From: Parasitella parasitica NRRL 2501
Taxonomy: Eukaryota > Fungi > Mucoromycota
Assembly: GCA_025201805.1 (NCBI GenBank)
Contig: MU619274.1
Coordinates: 67,028-118,658, forward strand
Length of the DNA stretch: 51,631 nucleotides
Reading direction: 5' to 3'
Below are positions 12,269 to 25,962 of this stretch, one piece after another. The stretch's first letter is position 1. Every line of letters starts with the position of its first letter. The notes under the pieces were generated by a model that saw nothing but the letters and a program-made list of their open reading frames with translations, searched no databases and was not told where the DNA came from. Both the position numbers and the translations under genes were made by a program.

Positions 12269-14324
12269 TTAACGCAAGTAAATGACCCAGATTTCACCAA
12301 TGATAACAGCTGAAGCGCCTAGCGCAATGACAGGTAAAATAACGAGGTTCCATTTCAAAAATTGAAAGTAGCCCAGGGTATAAATTCCCTTTGTTTTAAG
12401 AATATGATCGAACCTGAGCAACAAACAAAAATTGGTTAATACGCAACTGCTATTACCTATTACCAAAATAAAAAAAATAAAAAAAGACTTACATTATACC
12501 AGCCAGACTCCCGACCAATGTCAAACAAGCACCCAGGTTACTCCCTACAATGAGCCCAAGTAGGAATCCTTGCATGGTTGCATCAGAATGAACATGTTGC
12601 GTGAAATTAGGGTGTTGAATTATCTGAGTAAACAGAATGGTCATAGGCTGGTACGATAATGTGAATATACGAGTCAGAAGCGTTGTGTGGGGTTATATTT
12701 ACTAGGTTATTCAGTAACTGACAGGCTAAAATTGACACAAAGACCATCCCCAAGACGGCGGTTGCATAGTTTTTGGCAAACACTGCCATCGCAGTAGCAA
12801 ATATGCCAACCCAACCTTCTTGCGCCAATGCTTCAATCAAAATAAACATGCCTAGACTGAATGGCAAAATGGACCAGGGCATACGCAAGAACACAGACTT
12901 CAGTGTCGGAAACCGACTTCCAAACCATCTGTATGCATGATAGACTGGTGACAGGTAGTACTTGCTCTTGTACTTTTTTGCAGTAGAAAGTAAGGAATTG
13001 TTATCGTCTTCAATCTGGCCTACGGTGGTTTGTGTTTCCAATGGCGTCGTTGATCGAAGCCTAAGACTTTCGCGGGTGTCTTCTTGCTCTTCTGCGTGAA
13101 TATTACGGCCTAGGCGTGCGGTGCTTATATCTTCCTGCTCTTGCAGTGATTTTGTCGATTCATCGTGCAACATGGCAGGCGGTGGTGCATTCAAGACATC
13201 TAATTGGATTTCACGACGATGACTTTGGTTTTCTGGGCCATACATGAGAACATGGTCATGTGCTGCCGTGTTCAGAATGGGTCGAGGAAATCGACGTCTA
13301 ATGTTAAATAAATGGCTAAAAGATATACCTAGATCGTGGCGGATATCTCTCAGGAACATGACAAAAGCAAAAGGCAGGGTTATCATCCAAACAGGTACAT
13401 GAGCGAACGAAGTGCCCACGAGAGTTGCAAGACAACAGGCAAGCAAGACTAATCCAAACACTGCCCCTTGCGGATCGATCAGCACGCTTTTAGGATCGGC
13501 ATCGGGAGGCTGAATATGACGGGGCAAGTAATGGTCGCCTCTGAATAAAATACGAAGGACAAGGTAGGATAACAGTATACAAACAACTGTAGGCAGCAAC
13601 ATCCACGCCGAGTAAGTAATAAAGCTGATGTTGTATGCTTCAGATACCACTACATTTGTTGGATTGCCAATGTATAATGCCATGGAAGCTATGTTTTAAT
13701 GTCGGAAAAAGTTGGTTAGTTGCACCACGTACACTACCAGTCTGTATCCTACCAATGTTTGCCGTTGTGAATTCGCTCATCAAAAAAGCGGTGGGGTGAA
13801 TGTCTGATACCTTTGTAAAATACGAAAGAAAAACAGTGCCAGTCAAGATGACCACATCATTGCTTGTAAGGCCACTCATGAGACTTGTCAAGATGAAAAA
13901 CAAGGTGAATGCCAGCATACCTCTGTTACCAGCCTTTCTAGATACCCAAAATGCACAGAATTGGAATACACCTGTCATGTCTAAAGAAATACAAATATAG
14001 GCCTATTTATGCATGCAATAAGAATTACTGCGAGATCAACAAGACCATATACATTACCAAAGAATAGAATAAAATCATAATGGCCCATGGCTGTACACCC
14101 AATGTTCCAAGAAAGCCTTTGGCTACGACGTCAAAATTGATTGCTCTGCATATGAGTAAAATCAGCACGCCCAAAGGTGGTACAGTCGAAATATTCAAAT
14201 AAATCTTGATATGCGGACCGACTCGAATCTTAACAGGACGAATAATGAGGATAACCACTAGCAAAAAGACGACAATCGTAACATAGGAATACGCTGTAAG
14301 ATATGCTGTAGCGGTTTCTGCCAT
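12269..14324 (-). CDS. ArsB/NhaD/CitMHS (IT superfamily) membrane transporter, multi-exon
   Basis: Many TM segments and the motifs GLTSNDVVILTGT, ANIASMALYIGNPTNVVV, NNLPMTI and GSNLGACLTLVGSLAGIM, reconstructed across introns. Confidence 0.88.
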
Positions 14325-14517
14325 GATAAGCTACTGCAAAAGGGAAAAAAAAAAGTGAAAGCAATGCAATTTGAAACTTTCTTTTATAGACATTTGTATC
14401 AAACACAGTTTACCGGAGTTCCATCACAACCAAAGTGGAATGATGAGCGCAAGAGTTCAATTTCTTTTTTTTTCATTCCACTCTATATCTTTATCTAAAA
14501 CACGTAAACAAGAAAAA

Positions 14518-15195
14518 ATGTGGTTAAGTGATAGTCAAAGTAAGACCAGCAAATTTGGATAAATGCACGATGGAACATTAATACTCTTTTTGTATCGTAG
14601 AAATTGGCGTTGGCTTAACAGCGTTTGGTTTGTTTTTTATGGCCATGGGCGTAATGATGCTCTTTGACGGAGGATTAATGGCTATAGGCAATGTAAGTAA
14701 AGTCGGTTTATCACAATAATTCAATCAAATTTAAATCAAAGCGTCAAAAAAAACAGATATTGTTTTTATGTGGCATAACAGCTATTATTGGACCGAAAAG
14801 CACATTTGTTTTCTTTTCGAGAAAAGAGAAATTAAGAGGAACCATCTGCTTCCTGGGTGGTATTCTGCTGGTTCTTAGTAAATACCCTTTCTTTGGTTTT
14901 ATGGTTGAGATCTTTGGATTCTTGAATTTATTTGGGTAAGAAAAAAAAAAAAAAAAAAAAAATGGCCCTGGCATAGCAACAAAGAAATGATGGGATCAAG
15001 AAATCTAATATGATTCTAGTGATTTCTTCCCCGTGGTGTTTGGATTTTTAAAGCGATTACCAGTGATTGGACCCATTTTGAGCCATCCAGCACTCCAAAG
15101 AGTGAGTGAATAAAGTGCGTTTCAAGAGCATTGCATGAATTCTAATGTCTTTTGATCCATAGTTTGTGCCAAGAGAAAGTCGTACTCGAGTGTAA
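14518..15195 (+). CDS. GOT1: Got1/Sft2-family vesicle transport protein, 5 exons
   Basis: Spliced product MWLSDSQKIGVGLTAFGLFFMAMGVMMLFDGGLMAIGNILFLCGITAIIGPKSTFVFFSRKEKLRGTICFLGGILLV...[30 protein letters not shown]... has the Got1 signature. Absent from the ORF track. Confidence 0.93.
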
Positions 15196-15562
15196 ATATA
15201 TAATTTTTTGAATATAGTAAAAGAAGAAAAGAAAAACATATGCAGCTACCTTTATATGCATAGCTCGGCTCGGAAGTAACAACATCTAATAAAAAAAAAA
15301 CGTGTCTACTTTTTACAGTTTGATTATTTAGGCATCCTATTTTGCATGTTTTACTTTGACCTACTGCATCGAAAAAGGGATCCCCTCATTCTTTTTGGCT
15401 GACTTCATATAGTTTATTTCCACTTTGGCCCCTCAAATATTTATATATTTATTTATCCTTTTTCTACAAACACAACTCCCTTTTTTCTCTCTTCTTCTTC
15501 TTGTTGTTCCTCTTCTTCTCTTTTATGTACATTTATACAAATAAAAAAACCCCCACCAAAAA

Positions 15563-18500
15563 ATGAATAACGCTACAGAAAATTGTAATATACCAACGTC
15601 ATCTTCATCATCGCCATCATCTACGCTGTTAAACTGGATTAGGCATACTCTACAAAATGAAACGGCATTGAATGAGTTTACAGATCTCAATTTCACAACA
15701 GATTTCTTGTCAAAGCTCTTTGGCCTTGATAATCTTGAATACAGCAACAGCATAATATCAATCCTTGACCAAATTAACAGTAGCATACCAGAGATATTTA
15801 GAGATTTTCCCAGTACAATTGACTTTTCTGCCTACGACGATGGTGACCAGAACCTAATTATACCTCTCCTGGCTTATATCCAAACAGAATACCAAGTATA
15901 TCATATAAACTACAGCATCTTGAGCAATGCAGAGCTATCGTTTACAGCTTATGTACAGTGAGATAAAAAGGGAAATCTCAAGTATTCATGTGATTTTTTA
16001 ACGGGCTATTTAGGTCAATCAATTCTCATCTATACCCACCACCACCACCACCACCAACCACCGCAATTTGGAAAGCAATCTGCTCTCGTGGTCATCGTTC
16101 ATATTGTCAGATTACACAAATGCCTCGTTCATCTCCCCCGTCGTTGAGCTTTCCTTCAATGCGTGGAAGAACGGGCATTATCTGCTCTGTATACTACACT
16201 ACCACCACCCCTCCCTTGTGCCTGACTTGCATTTGTACCTGCAACAGAGCCATGTATTTGAAACGGCTATACAATGCATCCACACCTTGAATCCGTCATT
16301 TAGTACTAGCTGCAATGCCATCATTCAATTTATCATAGACTTATTATCCTGCTTGAAGGTGCCAAACAAAGACAAAACGATGCAGCGTCATAGAGATTTG
16401 GAACGTTTCAAAACTGAACTCAAATCAACAACAAACGCAGCCTTAAATGTTACATCGACGTCCACGCCCTCGCTTTGCAATTCGGAAGAGGAAGAAGAGG
16501 ACATTGAAAACTTTAGCACAAGCACCACATTCACTTCCACGTATACCCTGCAGCAATTAAGGATCACAAAGACGACTATTACAAAGTACAGTGATGGAAC
16601 TGAAATCCCGAGTGATTTGGAGGAGTTCGAATCACGCGCTGCTGTACTAACGGAAAAAATCAATGGCCTGCAACATCGTCTGATCCTCATTGTCCCCACA
16701 CGCTCGTCCACCTATTCGCCGTCGTCGGTTGCTTCCGATAGCATGATGGAGTTTTTTTTAACCGACGACAACACATCATCCACTCGCACCGGCGAAAATA
16801 GCAGCCATCACAGCTTGGCTAGCAACGAAGATGCGCTGCAACTGATTCAGCAGCAGCAACAGCGTCGACTTTTGCATCCTTTGCAAGCTGCCGAGGAGGA
16901 CTATGCTGCCTACGATCGTAATTTTAAGGCCTTACAATCCGAATTTCAAGCATTAACCGACGGCGACCTCCATTTACTGCTGCAGGTCTATTTGCAACAA
17001 GAATTGGAGCCTGTATGGCGAGACCATCCCAAAGTCTTGCTGCGGAAAAACCAGCTCCTGCAGCTCCACGGTGCCTTATTCTCTGAATTCGAGCGCTCTG
17101 AATGGACCCTCTCCAACTTTCGACGAGGCTTTGCTTTTGCCAGGATGTGTAGTTCGATTCGGCATGAACTAGACCTAGTGCAGAACAAGATGGTCAAGTC
17201 GATCACCACACACCATGACATCAAAGAACTCGAGGACCGCATGGAAAAGTCTACTGGCATGGTCGATACGCTCAAGACAAACTTTGGCGATCTGCTGTCG
17301 CTAGCCAGTGACGCTACTGCCGATGACCAGAAGGACACCTTGTATCTCGCAAAGTACGAAGCCATTACCGGTAAAAATGAGCTGGTGCGCACCTGGGTGG
17401 AGGAGGTGCGAGTCTGGTTTGCTGAAGCTGAGCGCATTCGTCAGTGGATAGAAATTCGCATTGAGCAGCTGAACAGCACCACGCTGCCTGACCCGCTGGT
17501 AACTGTCGAACTGCCGGCTACCCGAACGCAGGTGGAGCTCTTCAATGCTCTGCATTCCGTGTTGGAAAAGGAAATTGAGGCGTTTGATAACGAGGACATG
17601 GCCCGTCTGCGATCACATGTCAAAACACTTACGGGATCTGGCCGAGCTGATAAAGATCTTAGCCCTGCAGACACTACCACTATCGAGATAACGCTGACTA
17701 CGCTCATGACATTGGACAAGCTGATTCACTCGCTGCGCAAGAAAAGCTATGATTTGCAGGTCCTGACTGAGCGGGTCCTTTGGGAGGAAGAATACGCCAA
17801 GTCAATGGCATGGCTGAAGGAAACCGACAGTGAGACAGATGCATTCCTCAATAGCAGCGCACGCTGGAGAGCGATAGAAGAGCATGATGACATGGACGAG
17901 CATGACGCGCAGACTACTCCCAGCCTCAAACGAGAGCGACTTATGGCCAAAGAAAAGCAAAAGGAGGTGATTGTTCAGCAGCTGTTGACACTGGAGAGAA
18001 AGATGGCAGAGTTCGATCAAGGCCAGTTCACGAAAACAGTAGACAGCTTCCAAGACCTGGACAACACATCTAGTGTAGAGCTGCCTTCTCACTTGGAATC
18101 TAGACAAGATGCGTGCGAGCAGTTCTTTGAAGCCCTCATGAAACGCATGGCCTTTGCTAGAAATGTTGTCGAGCAGCGCCTCAACGTCATGGATTTTTTA
18201 TACCAAACAGACATGGTGATGGAGGACGCTGCAGCTCTGCAGTTGGACTTGTCTGATGCTGGCTCAAAGGCCCGGGCGGGCGACAATGACCGAGAAATGA
18301 CAGCGCGTGTTCAAAGCATGCACGAGCGTATCGTCCAGCTGGTGACAGCAACGGCAGGCCGGATACCCTACCCAGTGCCCGGTCTCGACGTCGACAAAGG
18401 CCCTAACACTGCTGCTAATGAAGAAATCAGCCAGGTCATCACCAAAAAGCGCAACGATCTCATTTCCGCTAGCGAGAGCCTGGATGAGTGCTTGCTCTCG

Positions 18501-21500
18501 TTCCGCAATGTGTTGCAACTTCATAGAAAAGCCAAGGAACATTTGGACGATGCGACCCGTTTGTGCGATTGGGCTGATGAGCGAGTAAAGACGATTCGCC
18601 GTGCCAAGGTCAATGTGCAGAAAGACGTATCGCTCACTGCTGAAGATTTGAAACGGCTGGAGCGAGACCGCGATAGCATCCTCAACAAGCTGAGAGCTGG
18701 AAAGGAAAACGAAGTAGTGGATCTTTTGACCCGCATTCAATTGCTGTTAGAGACATCCAAGCAGCTCAAAGTGTCTTCCATTGATAAGGATGGCCTGGTG
18801 GAGGTCTCCCAGCAGCTGGAAGATCGCTTTGATCGGCTGCAGCAAATCCTTGAGGAACATGGCCTTGATCTAGAAGCCCTGCGTAAAAAGATGGAAGACG
18901 GCAACACCTATTTTGAGAATGCACGCTCATTGCGCTCGTTCATCAGCGACACAAGACATTCTATACCAGGGCTCAAGCAAACATGCGGCTTTATGACCGG
19001 CCAATCAGAGGAACAAGACAATCGTCGCTTTGACATGCTGAATCAGTCATTGTCCAAGATCAACGCAAGCTACCAGGGGCAACAGGCTCAATTCGCTCAA
19101 CTGTGCGCCCGCTTCAGTGTCATGGAGCCCTCCAAAGTTGAAAACATGGACGAAATTCGTAGCATCCAAAGCAGCTTGGAACAAGACTGGGCTCAGTTGG
19201 CACACGAAATCAAGGACTTGGAGCAGTTTTCGACCGTTGTGGGCCAATGGTATGACCGTCAACGAAGACTGAGCATGGTGGAGCATGAGCTCCTGAAGGG
19301 AGTGAATGAAGAAGTCGCTCAGCTGGCCAAGACAGGGTGGGTGGACTCTGATCTAGAGCGCATCCAAAGCAAGATTGACAAGGCTTCAGAGCTACTAGAG
19401 GAAACTGGCCGAGGGATCAGTTCTGCAGACAACAAGGAAGACCCTCTTCAGACTGCCAATTATTCTTGCGCTCGCGATCGTCATAGTGTGCTCATCAGCA
19501 AAGCATCCACCGCTGCAAATAACCTCAAAGCACTCAGGTCTAACGCCAACAAGGCAATGGCATTCAGTACCTTTCTGGGCGAGGCAGACAAAATGCTGAG
19601 TCTCGTTCAAGAGCAAAAGGAAATCGTGGGCCGCCGTATGGCTTCTGTAGGGAACAGTGGATTTGCCGCACACTCGATGGCTTCCATTGATGCCATGTGC
19701 AAAGAGTCGCAGGCTTCCTCTTTGAGTTCCGAAGAGAAAAGCCAAGCTCTCGCCAAAGGCATAGAATCCTTGATTTCCAAGGCCAAGGCGTTAGAGTCCG
19801 AGGGCTATGATTCCGCATCTGTCTGCGACCCTGTCGACCGTATCAAAGCAAACTTGAAGCAACTCTCAAGTGCCATCGCGCTGGAGAAAAAGCAAGCAAT
19901 GTTTATGCGGAAAATCCATGTGCATGCCAAAGCCGCCAATGACCTTTCTGCTTGGATAACCCACTGTGCCAGTGCTATTGATCAATTGCCTACTGACGTC
20001 TGCATGCATGATGAGCAAGAGCTGAGAGACGAGCTGGACAACTTGGAGCAAAAAATAATTGAAATGAGGCCTACTATTCAAGCGTTTCAAGTAATGGAAT
20101 CCCGTATTTTCACTACCAAGGAAGGGCTTCCTGTCGACTTTTGTGAAATCAGCTTGGATCGCAATGACACCAAGGCAGCCGTCAGCATGAGAGAGGCTGG
20201 TATTCTGGCGGCATGGAATGACCTTAACAAACAACATGCCAAGACTCGTGCTCTGATTGACAGTTCAAAGCGAGGCGTAGAGGTTGCTCGAAAAGTAAAG
20301 GCCATTCTCACTCAAGTGGGTGACATGAAAGACAGAGTCAGCGCTGTCCGCATATGTAGAAATACCCTGTTGGATGAAGGCATCGAGAACCGTGATCTGA
20401 AGACTGTACTCAGCTGTCCTTTGACTTCTATACCTAATGAACATCGTTTGGCATCTGCTAAGGCCGAGCTTGCGATTCTGGATCGTGACATGGAAACTCG
20501 ACTCCAGCCTTCCATTCAGGAACTAGACGACATGCTCAACGACATTCAAAGCGATAATGAAGACATCTTTTCAGGACAGCGTACAGAAATCACAACTGCC
20601 GTCAGGGGGCTCATGGACCTAATGAAGACCAAGCGCAGAGCAATTGCTGAAGCAGAGAAAATGGAAGGCTTCTTGACTGTGATGGAGGAGCTGGAAGTCC
20701 TCTTGCTCGCTCTGACAGAGGTGGTCTCTCGTGCTTCTCCAGAAAATGCTCGTATTGTTGACGGAAACTACAGCCGCACTGATTTGCAAGCACTCTTAAT
20801 AGACTTGGATACCCGCTATCGCTACTATGAACCCAAAATCAATGAGCTCTTGGATGAGTCCAAAGAAGCAGCCGAGAATCTGATGGATGATCGTCGTGTC
20901 GTCGAATGTTTGCGTCAGCTGACTGACAAATGGGCCCAAATACAAGCTGAAGCAGCCGCCAAGAAGGCTGATCTCATGGAGCGCATCGGCCCTTTGGCTG
21001 CAACATTTGATACCCTGGAAGCCAGAGAAGGCATGCTGCAAGAACGAGGATTAAGAGCTGCAAGCTTGGCGAGAAAGACGCCAACGCCAGTGTTGAAGCC
21101 GCCTAGTCCCAAGATGATGCAGTCGACTCCTCGTTACATGACAGGATACAAGCGCACTAACAATAGAAACAACACTACAACGCCTGTTCCTTTTGCGCCA
21201 TCTGCTACTGCAGCCAGAGCCAATGCCAAACGCACAACAGGAGGCACTGTTTCTCCCACAGCAAGAAGAGTAGCAGCTCGCCAAAATGCCGCCCAACATC
21301 AACGCCAACGGATATCTACGAAAACGCCAGAAGCCTATGTTGCAGATCCTAAAAATGACCTGGACGTTGCTATGGGCGATATTATTAACGATTCGCCGTA
21401 CAAGGTGCATGTCAAGATGGTGCCCGGAGAAGTAGGTAAATACTGGTTTGGCGATGTGAATCCCAAGCTGGCTTATTGCCGTATTTTAAGAAGCCGTATG

Positions 21501-21962
21501 GTCATGGTCCGTGTCGGTGGTGGTTGGGTAGAGCTTTCCCAATTTCTCAGCGACCACGCTCTGTTGGAAGGCGGCAATTTTGTATCTTCTAGAGGCTCAA
21601 GAGCTTCTCTGCCTCCTACACCCGTTGGTGTTACATATGATGGGTTTCTCAATACGACAGTCGGTAGAAATGCCCCTCAAATCAATCGTGGGGCTAATGG
21701 TGTGGTATCAATTCGCGGCGGCGCCATTGGGACAGGCCACGGCAACACTGCCGATGCTAATGGCGATGGCCCTACAGTGAGGGAGTCTCGGTCGACACCC
21801 TATCATCGTGGTATCTCTCCTGGCCCTTATGGCCATGGTATCAAGACTGGAAACAAGTTTTTAGTCACTGTCGATGGTAATGGTAATCGTGTGGAAGTCA
21901 AAATGACCAAGGCCAAAAGTAAAGAGAGCAAATTCGTAACACCTCGTCGTATAAATACTTAG
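15563..21962 (+). CDS. Giant cytoskeletal cross-linker-like protein: degenerate CH-like domains, long helical/spectrin-like rod and C-terminal GAR (GAS2) domain
   Basis: ORFs 15563..15961 and 16068..21962 join in phase through an intron ending at 16013 (likely donor 15953). GAR motif GKYWFGDVNPKLAYCRILRSRMVMVRVGGGWVELSQFLSDH. CH-like segment LLSW...FNAWKNGHYLLCILHYHHPSLVP. Confidence 0.85.
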
Positions 21963-22593
21963 ACTATTGTAATCATTGTACATACAAATATACATATATC
22001 TCAATCGAAATAAATCAAAGGATTACATGCAATATAAGCTACACACTAGAAAACTGCTTTGCCACTTTTAAAATCGGCTCGATCATATTCATGATATACC
22101 GTAGTCTCTATTTATGTGATATACAAGGAAAGAAAGAAAGATCGATTGGAAGAGCAAGCCTTGGTGGCAATTTACACGACTTGGGTGGAATAACAGGCTG
22201 AGATGATGTGATAATTCAAGTGCTCAAGTCGATTGGAGCTTATTGTTACCTTTGTATTAATCAAATTTGAATATTCTGTATATATGAAATAGCTCAGAAC
22301 CACGCCATAACTACAGCGGTGAATCTACCAACTTGGCACGTTTATATGGACAATGCTAAATCGAGTTTGTGAATCAATATAATTTGCCATCATCCATTAA
22401 TCCCATTATCATGTGCAATTTCTGATTCAGTATAATTCGGTTTTCAGGGTTCTTTTTTTTTTTTTTAATGTTAAACAAAGATGAGTGTATATATATACAC
22501 AAAACTCGTTATTTTTTTACTTTTTTTTTTATTTCCATAATAGTAGGTTCGTAAATGTGGGATATACATAAATATATAATTACATGGGTTGGT

Positions 22594-24322
22594 TTAATCA
22601 ATATCTTGGTCCAGTAGCTCTAAATGACCTTTGATCGCACCACCGACGCTCACTTGGTCAATCAAGAATGTGTCGTGTCCAAACATGGCATCCAGCTCAT
22701 AGTAGGTTACTCGATTGTTGCCTGAAGCACGCAGACACTCGGCAATTTCCTTTTGTTGCCACACAGGGAACAAGATATCAGACTGCACGCCTAAAACTAA
22801 AGTGGGCATATTGATGCCCCTCATGCCCTCAACTAAATCTTGTGTTGCAGGGTCAGAGGAAAGTGTAGTTAATCGCTTCTTCCCGCTGTCGGCCTTCTTT
22901 TTTGACAGCTGTTCCTCTTCCTCTTCCTTACCCTCCAGGGCAGAGTATGCTCCTATCACAGATCGACAAACCTCTGCCATGATGCGAGTATCCTCTCCAT
23001 TTGGACGATCAAGCTGCTGACGCCGCTTCAAAATCTCCTTCACCTTGGACAAATTGTGCTCTCTTTGACCCTGCAATTTCTCCATCTCTGAGCGAGACAT
23101 ATCAAACATATCCATAGCCTTTGAAATATACAGGAGTGAATTGGGGTCATACTGCAGGCAGAACCTCTCGCCCTGGTGGTCCAAATAAGTCTCGATCAGA
23201 AAGTCAGGGCAAAGAGCAGGAGATTGGTTTTCGTTTGCTCTTTTGCGGCCAAATCGAAGCTCCCATTCAGGTCCAGAGCGATAGCTGATGGTGGCAATTT
23301 CTCGGGCTAGTTTCATGCCAACGTGTGGAGGGATTCCCTTGTAATAGAAGCCCTTGTTCCAATTGGGATCAGCCATCAAAACCTGACGCTGGGTGTGGCG
23401 AAGTGCAATGGAATAGGGGTGGGATCTTGCACAAGCTGAAATGGAAATGAGCCTTTTCACACGTTCTGGAAAGAGTCTTGCAGCAGCAATGGACTAGATG
23501 AGCACGAGCACACAATTATTCATACATCCTCTCGACGGTCTGTCTATATACGCCAACCGACGCTTACCTGCATGCCTCCCATACTGCTACCAACGCTTGC
23601 GTGCAACTTATCAATACCGAGATGGTCCAACAATTTGAACTGAGCTCTGACCATGTCAAAAATAGTGACAATAGGAAATCGAGTTGCATAGCGATCACCA
23701 TCAGCTGGATCGATTGAACTAGGGCCAGTGGAGCCGTAGCACCCGCCAATTGCGTTTGTGCAAATAACGAAAAACTTGTTGGTGTCAATGTTGGCGCCAG
23801 GACCAATAAAGTCTTCCCACCACCCAGGCTTTGTGTTTTTGGCGTGAGATTTGGCGTGAGACGAGGCAGAAAGGCCGGTATGAATCAGGATGGCATTGTC
23901 CTTTTTATCGTTCAGTGTACCCCATGTTTCATAGGCAATATCGAGCTTTGGTAAAATGCCTCCATGGTCGAGCAAGAACGGGTGTGGGTATTCGAATTTC
24001 TCGTATCCAGTAACAATGTTATCGTAGCTGGGTTCAGGTCCGCTGTCAAGCTCCATTGTACGTGAATTCAATTTATCAATACAGGGGAAAGACAGCGGTG
24101 GGTTGCTGGACGTTGCTAAAGTGCTGCTGCTACATGATGCATTGTCACCTTGAGTCTGGCTGTGGATGCCTTGATTGTAGACAGTGAATACATCATTCCG
24201 CTCTAGCTAGCTTACCCTCTTTTCGGCTTACCTCTTTGACCCAAGCTCAACACTGGACGGATGTAGGCTCTTTTAAGGGCCTGTGTATAAGACGCTCGTA
24301 CTAATGCTAATGTGGGTCGCAT
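22594..24322 (-). CDS. cys2: Serine O-succinyl/acetyltransferase (Cys2/CysA subfamily of the MetX alpha/beta-hydrolase family), probably mitochondrial, 3 exons
   Basis: Motifs [11 protein letters not shown] (Cys2-type rather than Met2 HALTG), GSSMGGMQ nucleophile elbow, SDILFP and FGHDTFL. Arg-rich, acid-free presequence [26 protein letters not shown] from ATG 24322. Confidence 0.85.
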
Positions 24323-25890
24323 AGTGACAATCTATATATATTTTGTGAATGGAATGAAACGAGAGAATAAGAGTGAGAGAAAAGAGCCTGAATATCCATG
24401 ATCCACCACCAACAACACAAAACCGAGGGAAATGACGCCATTTGAAAACGAATATCATTGGATTGATTCATCAGCTTATTAAGCCAAAGAGATGTTAGTG
24501 ATTCATTGATAATGTAATACTGACCGAGGAAAATTCAGTCTATTGAATTGATGAAATCAATCATGTATAGCAAAATGCACGATCAATTTTACGACCAGCG
24601 AACATGATGAGTTACATATGGTGCCCGACAGATGATTGACGAGCCCTCTAAAAAGCTTCGAGTTTTGCTAGAGCGCATAAATGATGGCACAGAGGTTACG
24701 ATATCAGTGCAATGTTGCTTAAAAACGAATAATAACTCCCTCGTCCAAAATCACAATGTTGAGTGTATTTTAAAGACATTCTAGGTTCGAGATATTGTCA
24801 TTATTGGAAGCTATAATCGTGGTGAGATGGATAGGAATTTCTGGCAAAACTTTTATCAACAAAAATTTTCATGAGCATAGCATAATAATGTGATGGTTCT
24901 ATACATAGATGGATATGCACTTAATACACACTAAATTAAAGCATTAAATTAGGTACAGGTCCATCCAAATACTGGAAAGTGAATATACTTTGCAAGTATT
25001 GCCAGGATACTTTACCATATACTTATTAACACATATTTTAGTAAAATGATATAACCAACAGTAAGAGTATCAGAACGTATAAATATCCCAACATTTTATA
25101 GAATAAATCATTATCTTTTTATCCTCGTAAATATCTGAACATTACAAAAACCTTTAAGATTATACCAGCTTAAAGCTGGTGCTTAAAATATTATCATTTT
25201 GCAAAGTGCTTCTCTTTTTTTTTTTTTACAATTTGAGGGTAATAATCATTATTAAGACATATTCAAAAACATCAAAATTCACAAAATTGTTTGCTTTATC
25301 CGAAAGTGCATGCTAAAAAAAAGTTTTACACAGTAAGGTCTGGGGAAATAGTTCAGCACTTGAAGCTATTTCAAAGCAATTGGTCACTTACTTCCTAGAA
25401 CATGTTTAACCAGTTGTAGTTGAGCATGTTTTGAACTTTTAATTTTTATAATTCTTTTGCGTTTGTATGAAATCGTTCACGGAATAAAAAGAGATCTCTA
25501 TCACATTTTAGCAAATCGGAGTGGACTCGATGAACAAGTCTGAACAATAAAGTACGTGAATATCAGCGCATATAAAAAGGAGAAGCAAGGAGAATACATA
25601 CAAAAAATACTAAATAGACATGCATAGAGTGAGCTATATACTAATTAAATCAATTACTACGGAGATCAATGTGTAATAACGGGCTGGTTATGTCAATGAT
25701 ATCCCAAACAGTAACATTATCTTAACACCAAATATAACATCTCCTTCCCCCTTTTGTGTGAGTAAAGTTGGTCTAGACGCGAAGGTTTGGCTTGGTATGT
25801 AATAATAGAAGTTGGTTGAGTTAGCAGCTTTGTCTAGATAGTAGCTTGATCTTTTACATATTAATGTAGTGATAAATTATAGATGTGTGA

Positions 25891-25910
25891 TATAAAAATT
25901 TACTATAAAA
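25891..25910 (+). promoter_or_regulatory. TATA boxes upstream of the secreted peptide gene
   Basis: TATAAAA at 25891 and 25904, about 60-70 nt before ATG 25963. Confidence 0.45.
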
Positions 25911-25962
25911 TAAAAAGAACAGAACCAATTTCAGCTTTGGGGTTATTAGAACATTAAAGAAA

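Noticed and set aside
16388-21780. Antisense ORFs within the GAR-domain gene
   Set aside because: Shadow ORFs with no independent coding signal.
22594-24322. Calling this gene MET2 (homoserine O-acetyltransferase)
   Set aside because: The HTGLSASSH motif and mitochondrial-type presequence fit the Cys2/CysA subfamily better.
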